A stretch of DNA of 64,000 nt, taken from positions 416,001-480,000 of the forward strand of contig OY776562.1 of NCBI GenBank assembly GCA_963675785.1, read 5' to 3'. The stretch is from Anaerolineae bacterium. GTDB taxonomy: Bacteria; Chloroflexota; Anaerolineae; UBA1429. Below, piece after piece: positions 50,168-59,253 of the stretch. The position numbers and the translations under genes were made by a program. Positions within the stretch are counted from its first letter, which is position 1; every line of letters begins with the position of its first letter. The notes beneath the pieces are model-generated. The model was not told where the DNA came from. It searched no databases and worked only from the letters and a program-made list of their open reading frames with translations.

Positions 50168-50827
50168 CTATTCCCAGATCAAACGTTTGCGAACGATCTG
50201 AAACCGGGTGATTCCATCAAGCGATAACGCGTCTATGATTTCTTCTGGACGGCCCGAGCCATCAGGTCCGCAGGCCAGGTACATATCCAGATCGACTGAT
50301 TGATCATCTGCCCGGCTAATTGCTATGCTGTGAATCAATGGGCGCAAATCGTATTCGCGTTGCTCTCCCTTTTTGATGCGTTCGCGGACGATACTCTTAC
50401 ATAATAGCATCTCACTGATGCTGCTGGCTACCAGGCTCTCTTGAACGCCCCATACCGTAACCATGTATTCAGCATCGCGCATACCTTTGAGCGGAGCACG
50501 GTCATGCAATTCGGCCTCTTGCACGCTGATAATCTGCAGACCTGGCGGTGCGGTCGCAGCCAGTTGCGTTTGAAGCTCGGCAGCATCCCTTGTTTCGGCC
50601 AGCATAAGGTCCATGATCTCGCAGGTGCTGCAATAGCCCAATGGCAGCGCCGCCGCAAAGTAAATCCGGGCATGAGGATTGAATCCCTCACTATATGAAA
50701 CCGGTATCTGAGCACGATTCAAATGCCGTTCCCAGGTGCGGTGTATATCCAGTACCGAGACATAACACAGGGGTTCAGAGATGCCAAAGGTAACACGAAT
50801 GCGCTGCACTTGATCATGACGCGGCAT
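50168..50827 (-). CDS. Radical SAM-linked protein (TIGR03936/DUF2344-like)
   Basis: YSEGFNPH, ALPLG; coupled to the upstream radical SAM gene. Confidence 0.85.
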   Translation of the reverse strand: MPRHDQVQRIRVTFGISEPLCYVSVLDIHRTWERHLNRAQIPVSYSEGFNPHARIYFAAALPLGYCSTCEIMDLMLAETRDAAELQTQLAATAPPGLQIISVQEAELHDRAPLKGMRDAEYMVTVWGVQESLVASSISEMLLCKSIVRERIKKGEQREYDLRPLIHSIAISRADDQSVDLDMYLACGPDGSGRPEEIIDALSLDGITRFQIVRKRLIWE

Positions 50828-52683
50828 CAGGGGCACCCCCATTCACTAGAAGCTACCTCATTCTGCAGATCGGCATAGGTGAGGTTGATGCCGCAACCGT
50901 GGCATATTCTGCGACAGTCAGGTGATAATTCGGCTTTGAGCGCCTGTTGCCATTCGCGCTGCAAAAAAGCCTGTGATACGCCGACATCAATATCATCCCA
51001 GGGCAAGGAGCCATCCAGTGCACGTTCTGTGTGGGCAAGCAGATTGGTATCAATGCCGCTTTCTTGCAGGGCTTGCTCCCAAATGCCAAAATCGAACCAT
51101 TCGCGCCAGGAATCAAATCGCGCACCGAGTTTCCAGGCTCTGTAAACCACATCGCTCAGGCGGCGGTCGCCGCGCGAGATGACAGCTTCGAGCCAGGTCG
51201 TCTCCCAATCGGACCAGCTGAGTTTGATGTCGCGGGAGCGAAGCCCGCTTTTGAGAATATTCTGGCGACGTTCGACTGTTTCCCTATCGAGCAGAGGTAG
51301 CCATTGAAAGGGTGTGTGTGGTTTAGGTACAAAAGTATTGACACTGACAGAGAGGGTTATTCGTCGTGCACGCGTTTGTTGGCCTTGCTGGCGAATGAGT
51401 TTGACGAGACGCACGATCTCTTCTACGTCCTCGTCGGTCTCTGTTGGCAACCCTATCATAAAATAAAGTTTGAGCCGATTCCAACCCGCTTCGAACACTT
51501 GTCGGGCTGTATCCATAATTTCTTCTTCGGTGATGCCCTTGTTGATGACGTCGCGTAGTCGCTGGCTGCCCGCCTCAGGTGCAAAGGTGAACCCCGTCTT
51601 GCGGACGCTCTGAATGCGCTGAGCCAGATCTACCGAAAAGCTATCGATGCGTAGCGAAGGCAAAGAGACGCCGACGCCGTTTTCGCTGTATGCGCTGAGG
51701 GTATCCTGAACGATATCCTTAATAGCACTGTGGTCGCTACTACTCAATGACACAAACGAAATCTCGGTATAGCCAGTGTTCTTGAGGATTTCGTCCACTT
51801 CGGCCAGGGTTTGTTCCGCCGGTCGCTCGCGAATGGGGCGGTAGATAATGCCGGCCTGACAAAAGCGGCAGCCGCGTGAGCAGCCTCGCTGGATTTCGAT
51901 TGTGGCCCGATCGTGGACGATCTGAATATTGGCCACGATGGGTTTAGTAGGTGAGGCAACCATGCGGGCAACGATGCGCTTGGTGACGCGCGCTGGTACG
52001 TTCGACTGTGTGGGTCTTACAGCAACGAGCTCTTGGCCATCAAATACGTGCTCATAAAAAGAGGGAACGTAAACGCCCGGTACGCCGGCAAGCCTGAGCA
52101 AGAGTTCCTCACGGCTATCCCCCGGCGTCTCTTTCCACTGCCTGACCACGTTCAACAGCTCAATGAGAACTTCTTCACCCTCGCCAATGATCATGGCATC
52201 CATAAAGTCGGCCATGGGGCCTGGGTTATAGTTACAGCTTCCGCCGCTGATGATCAAAGGGTGTGCTAGTGTGCGCTCTGTGGTGCGCATAGGGATGCCA
52301 GCCATATCCAACATGTTGAGTACGTTGGTAAAGGTTAGTTCGTACTGCAAGCCAAAGCCCCATACATCAAACGCGTCGAGGCTATGCCGGGTCTCCAGTG
52401 AATAGAGAGGCAAGCCTGCCTCTCGCATGAGCTTTTCCATATCTGGCCAGGGGGCATAGACGCGTTCACAAAGCATGTGCTCTTGCTTGTTGACCAGGGC
52501 ATACAAGAGCCCCAGCCCAAGATTGGACATGCCAATATCATAGATATCAGGATACGAGAGAGCCATGCGTACATCACAGGTCTCCCAATCTTTGACGATG
52601 GCATTCAATTCACCACCAACGTATCGCGCAGGTTTCTGTACACGCGGCAGAATTCCCTGCAGCCGGACAGACGATATTTGCAA
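50827..52683 (-). CDS. Radical SAM protein (TIGR03960-like)
   Basis: KPARYVGGE, YPD.Y.IGMS, RGCSRGCRFC, APEAGSQR. Confidence 0.9.
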   Translation of the reverse strand: MQISSVRLQGILPRVQKPARYVGGELNAIVKDWETCDVRMALSYPDIYDIGMSNLGLGLLYALVNKQEHMLCERVYAPWPDMEKLMREAGLPLYSLETRHSLDAFDVWGFGLQYELTFTNVLNMLDMAGIPMRTTERTLAHPLIISGGSCNYNPGPMADFMDAMIIGEGEEVLIELLNVVRQWKETPGDSREELLLRLAGVPGVYVPSFYEHVFDGQELVAVRPTQSNVPARVTKRIVARMVASPTKPIVANIQIVHDRATIEIQRGCSRGCRFCQAGIIYRPIRERPAEQTLAEVDEILKNTGYTEISFVSLSSSDHSAIKDIVQDTLSAYSENGVGVSLPSLRIDSFSVDLAQRIQSVRKTGFTFAPEAGSQRLRDVINKGITEEEIMDTARQVFEAGWNRLKLYFMIGLPTETDEDVEEIVRLVKLIRQQGQQTRARRITLSVSVNTFVPKPHTPFQWLPLLDRETVERRQNILKSGLRSRDIKLSWSDWETTWLEAVISRGDRRLSDVVYRAWKLGARFDSWREWFDFGIWEQALQESGIDTNLLAHTERALDGSLPWDDIDVGVSQAFLQREWQQALKAELSPDCRRICHGCGINLTYADLQNEVASSEWGCP

Positions 52684-52755
52684 AGCATCCTCCTATACAG
52701 CAGTCTTTTCATTATAGATTGTGAGCCGGCTGGTGTTAAAAAACGAGTTTGAACG

Positions 52756-53157
52756 TCACACGCTTTGCAGTATCTGCAATAGGACGGTTCTGCTGCGGGG
52801 GCCATCGTATTCGGCCAGGTGAATGCCTTGCCAGGTTCCAAGTATCAAATCGCCATTGTAAACGGGCACCATGCAAGAAGAACCGGTTAGCGTGGTTTTG
52901 ATATGGGCATCCGAGTTGCCTTCGGCATGGCGAAACCCGCGGTCCATGGGAATCAACGATCGCAAAGCTCTGAGCATGTCTCCGGATACTTCGGGGTCCC
53001 AATTCTCATTCAAAGTAATACCGGCAGTAGTATGAGGGGAAAACACAAGGATGGCGCCTGTCTGAAGCTCTAGGCTTTTGCAGTATTGCCTTACCTGTTC
53101 GGTGATGTCGATCAGTTCGCAGCGAGCACTGCTTTGGAGCTGGATGGTGTAGGGCAT
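52756..53157 (-). CDS. YjbQ/UPF0047 family protein
   Basis: HTTAGIT.NE, HAEGNSDAH, LGTWQ..L.EYDG. Confidence 0.92.
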   Translation of the reverse strand: MPYTIQLQSSARCELIDITEQVRQYCKSLELQTGAILVFSPHTTAGITLNENWDPEVSGDMLRALRSLIPMDRGFRHAEGNSDAHIKTTLTGSSCMVPVYNGDLILGTWQGIHLAEYDGPRSRTVLLQILQSV

Positions 53158-53250
53158 TCCTCGTCTCCTTTGCGCTTCTAATGAGCGATAGCATAATACG
53201 GTGTCATGGCTTCTGACGCGAATCTGGCTTTCCGTCGGGCCGCCATTCAT

Positions 53251-53278
53251 TTGACAGCCCTTGTTATTCCGCTATAAT
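53251..53278 (+). promoter_or_regulatory. Consensus sigma70 promoter for tRNA-Glu
   Basis: TTGACA-N16-TATAAT. Confidence 0.75.
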
Positions 53279-53300
53279 CAGCAGCGTCAACGAGTCCTGA

Positions 53301-53374
53301 GCCGCATTCGTCTAGGGGTCTAGGACATCGCCCTCTCAAGGCGAAGATCGGGGGTTCGAATCCCCCATGCGGTA
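53301..53374 (+). tRNA. tRNA-Glu (anticodon CTC)
   Basis: Acceptor stem GCCGCAT/ATGCGGT, anticodon arm TCGCC-CTCTCAA-GGCGA, T-loop GTTCGAATC; followed by CCT, so full CCA is not encoded. Confidence 0.95.
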
Positions 53375-53400
53375 CCTTCTCTATTATAACTCGTGACGCG

Positions 53401-53433
53401 AACGAGGTGACTATTGTCGCCTCGTTTTTGTTT
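53401..53433 (+). terminator. Terminator after tRNA
   Basis: AACGAGGTGAC-TATT-GTCGCCTCGTT followed by a T-rich tail. Confidence 0.7.
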
Positions 53434-53480
53434 TCCCCAGGAGTTTTCTCGAAAATTTCCCATTTTGGGCCTCTCCCGCT

Positions 53481-53509
53481 TTGACAGGCCAACAGATGCG
53501 TGGTATATT
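53481..53509 (+). promoter_or_regulatory. sigma70 promoter of the uronate operon
   Basis: TTGACA-N17-TATATT with an extended TG. Confidence 0.75.
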
Positions 53510-53514
53510 CGCCT

Positions 53515-53540
53515 CGTGACCGTTCACGTGAACGGTCACG
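53515..53540. promoter_or_regulatory. Perfect 26-bp palindrome, probably tandem LacI-type operators
   Basis: CGTGACCGTTCACGTGAACGGTCACG, between the -10 box and the LacI start codon; each half has a central CG. Confidence 0.75.
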
Positions 53541-53553
53541 GACAGGGTGGCGG

Positions 53554-54549
53554 ATGTCTCGCATTACGATACGTGATGTTGCGGAAAAAGCAGGGGTTTC
53601 ACGCCAGACAGTCTCCCGGGCGATTAACAATCAATCGGGGATTGACGTCAATACGCGCGCGCATGTACTTGCTGTTGCTCGCGAAATGGGCTATGCGCCC
53701 AGCAGGCTGGCCCGCGGCCTAAAAACAAACAGAACACGTACAATCGGATTGGTGGTGCCCGACATCGCCAATCCTTTTTTTGCAGAAATCGCCAGGGGCG
53801 CCTCTGAGGTGGCTCACGAACGCGAGTACGGCGTGCTCTTGTGTAATACCGACGAGCGTGCTGATCGCGAACTCGAAGTGTTGGCCATGCTGTCCGCCAA
53901 TCCTGTAGATGGGCTGGTGATGGTCAGTTCTCGTCTAAGCGAAGAGACGCTCGCCGAGAACCTGGAGCGTTGGAAGCCCGTGGTCCTCGTTAATCGCCAG
54001 TACCTGGCGGATCCCGAGGTGGTTTCTGTGATAGTGGATGATGAACAGGGTGCCTTTGAGGCTGTGCGTCACCTCCTTGATCGCGGACACCATGCTATTG
54101 GCTTCTTGGGAGGTACGCCCGGCTCACATTCTGGTCGAGCGCGTTTGGTTGGCTTTCAACGGGCCTTGCGTGCCTTTGGCATCAGCGATCGCCCCGAATG
54201 GCATAAACCTTGTGCGCCGACAGTGGCGGGAGGACGAGTTGCCGCGCAAGAGCTGCTCAGTGCGGTAGAAGTGACTGCCATTTTGGCATATAATGACCTT
54301 GTAGCCGTCGGTGTACTGCAGGCCTGTGCGGCAATGGGCTTGCGCGTGCCGAGCGATACGGCTGTTATGGGCTGGGACGATATTGACTATGCTGCATTTG
54401 TTTCCCCTGCCCTTACCACAATGCGTATGCCCAAATACATGATGGGCAAAGTGGCAATGTCGCTGCTCCTGGACTCTATTGCGACACCTGAGGCGATATC
54501 ACAACCAGTACATCTGCGTGCTGAATTGGTTGTGAGAAGCTCGACATAG
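53554..54549 (+). CDS. LacI-family transcriptional regulator
   Basis: TIRDVAEKAGVSRQTVSRAIN, NPFF, YNDLVA.G. Confidence 0.96.
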   Translation: MSRITIRDVAEKAGVSRQTVSRAINNQSGIDVNTRAHVLAVAREMGYAPSRLARGLKTNRTRTIGLVVPDIANPFFAEIARGASEVAHEREYGVLLCNTDERADRELEVLAMLSANPVDGLVMVSSRLSEETLAENLERWKPVVLVNRQYLADPEVVSVIVDDEQGAFEAVRHLLDRGHHAIGFLGGTPGSHSGRARLVGFQRALRAFGISDRPEWHKPCAPTVAGGRVAAQELLSAVEVTAILAYNDLVAVGVLQACAAMGLRVPSDTAVMGWDDIDYAAFVSPALTTMRMPKYMMGKVAMSLLLDSIATPEAISQPVHLRAELVVRSST

Positions 54550-54598
54550 CCAGGCGTCGCTTTTCTATTGTCGATGGGTTTTCGAGAGGAGATGGAAT

Positions 54599-56128
54599 AT
54601 GGCATCACTATTGGAGCTACTTGGCGACGAAACGGTTGACAGGCTGGGCGCTCTGTCTGGTCTCTCTGTGTATCCTCGCTCGATTTTCGAGCAGGGAGGC
54701 ACAGTGTTCTTTATGGGCAACAAAAATAACAGCCATGTGTTTGGCATGCTTCAGTCTAGCACGCTTACTCATGGCTTTGAGGTGAGCTTCAAAGAGGTCA
54801 AGCTGGGCAAAGTAGTGTTTTATCTCGGCCTGGGCCCGACCAATCACACCAATGCTTGCGCTTTGCGCCAGGCCTTGCCCTGGACTGCTTCAATTCGCGT
54901 GGGCGTACACAAGTCAGCCGGCCTGGGTGATCGTATGGGCAATGCCACGCCTGGTCATGTCCGCGCCATGCGCCACACCAAGGGCATCATCCCCGTGTTT
55001 GCTCAGCAGTCCATTCGCGAGATGGAGCGCACTGTGCGCACCTCGAATGAAGTGATGGATGCAGCCAGTTGGGGCGTATTCCAGGAAGGTTGGACGGCGG
55101 GTTTTGGTTCGGATGCTGATCACCTCAAGACCCCGGCAGATATCGACTATTGCGCCGATGCTGGCTTTATCATGTACACCTTTGATCCTCGCGATCATGT
55201 GGATAACGATGCCGAGACCGATGACGTCGAAACCCTCAAGAAAAAGTTCGTTGAACTCCCTTGGGATCGTCTGGAGACCACGGCGGATAGCACCTCCGCT
55301 GCCTATATCGACAAGAGCTGGGATCTGGAAGGTTTTACCTTTGGCTTGAACGAAGAGCAGGTTCTTCGTGCCGCTTGCAAGTACGGGCGCGCTCTGGCTC
55401 ACGTCAAAGAGCAGTACCGCTACCTTGTTGAAAAAATGGACGACCGTCCCTACGAGGTCGAGGTTTCAGTGGATGAGACCGATACCCCCACCCGTCCCGA
55501 AGAGCACCTCTATATCGTGATGGAACTCAAACGGCTAGGTGTTCAGTGGGTTAGCCTGGCGCCGCGCTTTATCGGGCGCTTTGAAAAGGGCGTCGATTAC
55601 ATCGGCGACCTGGGCGAGTTTGAAGCTGCCTTTGCCAAGCATGTGGCCATTGCCAAGGCCATGGGGCCCTACAAGATCAGTCTGCATTCTGGCTCGGACA
55701 AGTTCAGTGTGTATCCCATCGCGGCCAAGTTGGCAGGTGACTTGGTTCACCTCAAGACCGCTGGCACCAGCTATCTCGAATCGCTGCGTGCGGTTTCCCG
55801 CGTTGACCCTTCCCTCTTCCGTGAAATCTTGGCTTTTGCCATCGATAACTATGAAGAGGAAAAGGTTTCTTACCATGTGTCTGCCGTCCTGGACAAGATG
55901 ATCAACCCCGATACCGTGGCTGATGCGGATTTGCCCGCCGTGCTCGACCAGTTCGATACGCGGCAGGCTCTCCATGTTACCTTTGGCAAGGTACTGACCA
56001 TCAAGGACGATGAAGGCAACTATATCTTCAAGGATCGGCTCATGGGCGTTCTCTCGAGCAACGAAGAAACGTTGTACGATGCACTCGAGACGTACCTGGC
56101 CAAGCACGTCGTTCCGTTTAGCGATTAG
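54599..56128 (+). CDS. uxaE: Tagaturonate/fructuronate epimerase UxaE
   Basis: GLGDR.G.ATPGH, AQQSIRE..RT, DADHLK, EVSVDET, EKGVDY, SLHSGSDKF, KTAGTSYLE. Confidence 0.92.
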   Translation: MASLLELLGDETVDRLGALSGLSVYPRSIFEQGGTVFFMGNKNNSHVFGMLQSSTLTHGFEVSFKEVKLGKVVFYLGLGPTNHTNACALRQALPWTASIRVGVHKSAGLGDRMGNATPGHVRAMRHTKGIIPVFAQQSIREMERTVRTSNEVMDAASWGVFQEGWTAGFGSDADHLKTPADIDYCADAGFIMYTFDPRDHVDNDAETDDVETLKKKFVELPWDRLETTADSTSAAYIDKSWDLEGFTFGLNEEQVLRAACKYGRALAHVKEQYRYLVEKMDDRPYEVEVSVDETDTPTRPEEHLYIVMELKRLGVQWVSLAPRFIGRFEKGVDYIGDLGEFEAAFAKHVAIAKAMGPYKISLHSGSDKFSVYPIAAKLAGDLVHLKTAGTSYLESLRAVSRVDPSLFREILAFAIDNYEEEKVSYHVSAVLDKMINPDTVADADLPAVLDQFDTRQALHVTFGKVLTIKDDEGNYIFKDRLMGVLSSNEETLYDALETYLAKHVVPFSD

Positions 56129-56142
56129 TGGAGGACACAACA

Positions 56143-56976
56143 ATGGATCAGAACTACAGCAAAAGTCTTTTTGATGTTGAAGGCAAAGTCGCAGTAATCA
56201 CGGGCGGCGGCGGAATACTTTGCGGTACCATGGCTCGCGGTTTGGCCAAGGCTGGCGTCAAAGTCGCTATTCTCGATATCAACAAGGATGCAGCGCAGGC
56301 TGTTGCCGATGAAATCGTCGCCGAAGGTGGCGAGGCCATCGGTGTGTATGCCAACGTGTTGGACAAAGATGCGCTGGCAGTATCTGCCAAAGAAGTTTTG
56401 GATGCTTACGGCACCATCGACATCCTGATTAACGGCGCTGGCGGCAACAAGCGTCAAGCCACCACCTCGGCTGAAATGCCTTTCTTTGACCTTCCGCAGG
56501 ACGCCTTCCAGTGGGTGTTCAACCTCAACTTTATCGGCACGCTTCTGCCGACCCAGGTTTTTGGCAAGATACTTGCTGACAAGGACGAGGGCGTCATCAT
56601 CAACATCGCCTCGGTGAACGCTTTTACACCGCTGACCAACATCCCGGCTTACTCGGCAGCCAAGTCGGCTGTGCGTAACTTTACCGAATGGTTTGCCACG
56701 CACGTCGCTCAGAATTATTCCAAGAATATTCGCGTGAATGGTATTGCCCCCGGTTTCTTCCTGACTGAGCAGAACCGTTTCCTCTTGACGGATGAAAAGA
56801 CTGGCGAGATTACTCCGCGCGGCAATTCTATCATTGACCATACCCCCATGGGGCGGTGGGGCGATCCTTCCGAGTTGATGGGCACTTTGATCTGGCTCAT
56901 CTCGCCAGGCGCTCAGTTTGTTACCGGTATTACAGTACTGGTGGATGGCGGCTTTGTCGCTTTCTCCGGTATCTAG
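56143..56976 (+). CDS. uxuB: SDR oxidoreductase, fructuronate reductase / D-mannonate dehydrogenase (UxuB-II/YjmF-like)
   Basis: TGGGGILC, NGAGGN, YSAAK, IAPGFF..EQN, HTPMGR; adjacent to uxaE. Confidence 0.8.
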   Translation: MDQNYSKSLFDVEGKVAVITGGGGILCGTMARGLAKAGVKVAILDINKDAAQAVADEIVAEGGEAIGVYANVLDKDALAVSAKEVLDAYGTIDILINGAGGNKRQATTSAEMPFFDLPQDAFQWVFNLNFIGTLLPTQVFGKILADKDEGVIINIASVNAFTPLTNIPAYSAAKSAVRNFTEWFATHVAQNYSKNIRVNGIAPGFFLTEQNRFLLTDEKTGEITPRGNSIIDHTPMGRWGDPSELMGTLIWLISPGAQFVTGITVLVDGGFVAFSGI

Positions 56977-56983
56977 TTTCTAA

Positions 56984-57028
56984 TTCAGTGTCACATCTGG
57001 CGTACTAAAAGCCAGATGTGACACTGAA
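56984..57028. other. Perfect 18-bp intercistronic inverted repeat
   Basis: TTCAGTGTCACATCTGGC-N9-GCCAGATGTGACACTGAA, no U tail. Confidence 0.8.
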
Positions 57029-57078
57029 CTATCGCTTTCGGACCATCGTTTCGAGTATAGGATTTGGAGGATAGCAGC

Positions 57079-57975
57079 GTGAACGTACCCGAAGTGGCCC
57101 GCCCGCTCGTCGAAATGAAGCGCGACTTTGACTTTTTCGTTGGCATCGACTCGGACGGTTGTGCATTCGATACCATGGAGATCAAGCACAAAGAGTGCTT
57201 TACCCCCAATATCATCAAATACTGGGGACTCCAGGGCGTCAGCAAGTATGCCCGTGAAGCATCCGAGTTTGTCAACCTTTACAGCCAGTGGCGTGGTGCC
57301 AACCGTTGGCCTGCGCTGATCAAGGTATTCGATCTGTTGCGCGCCCGCCCCGAAGTTCAGCATCGCGGCGTGGCCATCCCCGAGGCGAACAAGATTCGCG
57401 AGTTCATCGCTTCGGATCTACCCAAGAGCAACGACTCTTTGGCCCAGCTGGTCGAAGAGACCCACGATCCCGAGCTTGAGCGCGCCTTGGCCTGGAGCCT
57501 GGCGGTCAACGAATCCATCGCTGACATGGTTCATGGCGTGGCGCCGTATCCTTTTGTGCGCGAGAGCCTGGTAAAAATCATTGCCCATGCTGACGCCATC
57601 GTTGTATCTCAGACGCCGGTTGAAGCTTTGGTACGCGAGTGGGCCGAGCACGGCATCGATCAGTATGTCAAAATCATTGCTGGCCAGGAGCAGGGCACCA
57701 AGACAGAGCACTTGCGTTTGGCCGCTGGCGACGGCAAGTACGCCGATGATCACAAACTCATGATCGGCGATGCCCCCGGCGATATGAAAGCGGCTCAAGC
57801 CAATAATGCCCTGTTCTTCCCCATCGATCCGGGCCATGAAGAAGAGAGTTGGCAGCGCTTTTACGAAGAGGCCTTTGATCGCTTTATCGCGGGCACCTAT
57901 GCCGGCGAATACGAGGCCAAGCTGATTGCGGCATTTAATGCTGTGCTGCCTTCAACCCCTCCCTGGGAAAAGTAG
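57079..57975 (+). CDS. HAD-superfamily hydrolase/phosphotransferase
   Basis: Motif I DSDG, motif II VSQT, motif III K, motif IV MIGDAPGD; GTG start after GGAGG. Confidence 0.85.
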   Translation: MNVPEVARPLVEMKRDFDFFVGIDSDGCAFDTMEIKHKECFTPNIIKYWGLQGVSKYAREASEFVNLYSQWRGANRWPALIKVFDLLRARPEVQHRGVAIPEANKIREFIASDLPKSNDSLAQLVEETHDPELERALAWSLAVNESIADMVHGVAPYPFVRESLVKIIAHADAIVVSQTPVEALVREWAEHGIDQYVKIIAGQEQGTKTEHLRLAAGDGKYADDHKLMIGDAPGDMKAAQANNALFFPIDPGHEEESWQRFYEEAFDRFIAGTYAGEYEAKLIAAFNAVLPSTPPWEK

Positions 57976-57981
57976 GCAAAA

Positions 57982-59241
57982 ATGGCTATCGGAACAGGTT
58001 ATACAGACCGTTTCTTGAGCGAGGACGAGGCGCGCGGCATCTTTGCTGAGGGCCTGGATACCCTTTCGCTCAAGGGCAAAAAAGTGCTGGTTATCATCCC
58101 GGATAGCACCCGCAGCGCGCCGCTGCCCATGTGCTTCCGTCAGCTCGTCGATTTGATGAGCGGCACCGTCGGCCAGCTCGATTTCATGATCGCGCTGGGT
58201 ACACACCGTGGCATGACCGATGAGCAGATCAACCATCTGCTGGGCATTACCGCGGAAGAGCGTGCAGCCAAGTATTCCCACGTCAACGTCTATAACCATG
58301 ACTGGGAGAACGACGTTATCAAAATCGGCACCATCCCCAGTTCCCGCATCCGCGAGCTTTCTGATGGCTTGATGGATCAGGATTTGGATGTCACCGTCAA
58401 CAAGAATCTGTTCGGTTATGATCAGCTCATTATCTGCGGACCAGTATTCCCGCACGAGGTGGTTGGCTTTTCTGGTGGATTCAAGTACTTGTTCCCCGGT
58501 GTCAGCGGTGCTGATGTGACCAACTTTACCCATTGGTTGGGTGCGGTCATCACCCTGGTCAAGATCATCGGTACCGAGCGCACCCCGGTACGTGCGGTCA
58601 TCGAAGAAGCTGCCAGCCTGGTAACGGCTCGTGTGCCGGTTGCCGCTTTCTGCATGGTAGTCAAGGGCCACGACGATCTTTCCGGCCTCTATTTCGGTGA
58701 TCCCATCTATGCCCAGTCAGCGGCGGCGCAGCTTTCCTCCCAGTTGCATGTCATCTGGTGCGACCATCCCTACAAGACGGTGCTTTCGGTAATGCCCGAA
58801 CTGTACGATGATATTTGGACCGCTGCCAAGGGTGGTTACAAGGTCGAATGTGCTGTGGCTGATGGTGGCACAGTCATCATCTATGCGCCGCATATCGACG
58901 AGGTTTCCTACACACATGGCGCGCTGCTGGATCGCATTGGCTACCATGTGCGCGACTTTTTCCTCCAGCAGGAAGAAAAGTTCGCGGATGTGCCGGGCGG
59001 TATCAAGGCGCACTCAACGCATCTCAAGGGTGCTGGCACCTATGTGGATGGCGTAGAGACGCCGCGCATTAACGTCTATCTGGCCACGGGTATTTCCAAA
59101 GAGCGCTGCGGGCAAATCAACCTAGGTTACATCGATCCGGCGACGATCAACGTAGAAGAGTGGATGCAGCGCGATGATCCTGATCTGCTGGTGATCCCTC
59201 GCGCCGGTGAAATGCTTTACAAGCTAAATAGTCAGAGATAA
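57982..59241 (+). CDS. LarA-family nickel-pincer 2-hydroxyacid epimerase (putative mannonate/gluconate 2-epimerase, GntE-like)
   Basis: IPDSTR, ALGTHR, PHEVVGFSGGFK, THW, AAKG retain the LarA catalytic residues. Confidence 0.85.
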   Translation: MAIGTGYTDRFLSEDEARGIFAEGLDTLSLKGKKVLVIIPDSTRSAPLPMCFRQLVDLMSGTVGQLDFMIALGTHRGMTDEQINHLLGITAEERAAKYSHVNVYNHDWENDVIKIGTIPSSRIRELSDGLMDQDLDVTVNKNLFGYDQLIICGPVFPHEVVGFSGGFKYLFPGVSGADVTNFTHWLGAVITLVKIIGTERTPVRAVIEEAASLVTARVPVAAFCMVVKGHDDLSGLYFGDPIYAQSAAAQLSSQLHVIWCDHPYKTVLSVMPELYDDIWTAAKGGYKVECAVADGGTVIIYAPHIDEVSYTHGALLDRIGYHVRDFFLQQEEKFADVPGGIKAHSTHLKGAGTYVDGVETPRINVYLATGISKERCGQINLGYIDPATINVEEWMQRDDPDLLVIPRAGEMLYKLNSQR

Positions 59242-59253
59242 GGAGAGTCTACA

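Noticed and set aside
53372-53378. tRNA ends in CCT rather than CCA, suggesting a pseudogene
   Set aside because: The cloverleaf and promoter are intact, and many bacteria add CCA post-transcriptionally
53247-53630. 127-aa minus-strand ORF
   Set aside because: It is antisense to tRNA-Glu, the promoters and lacI
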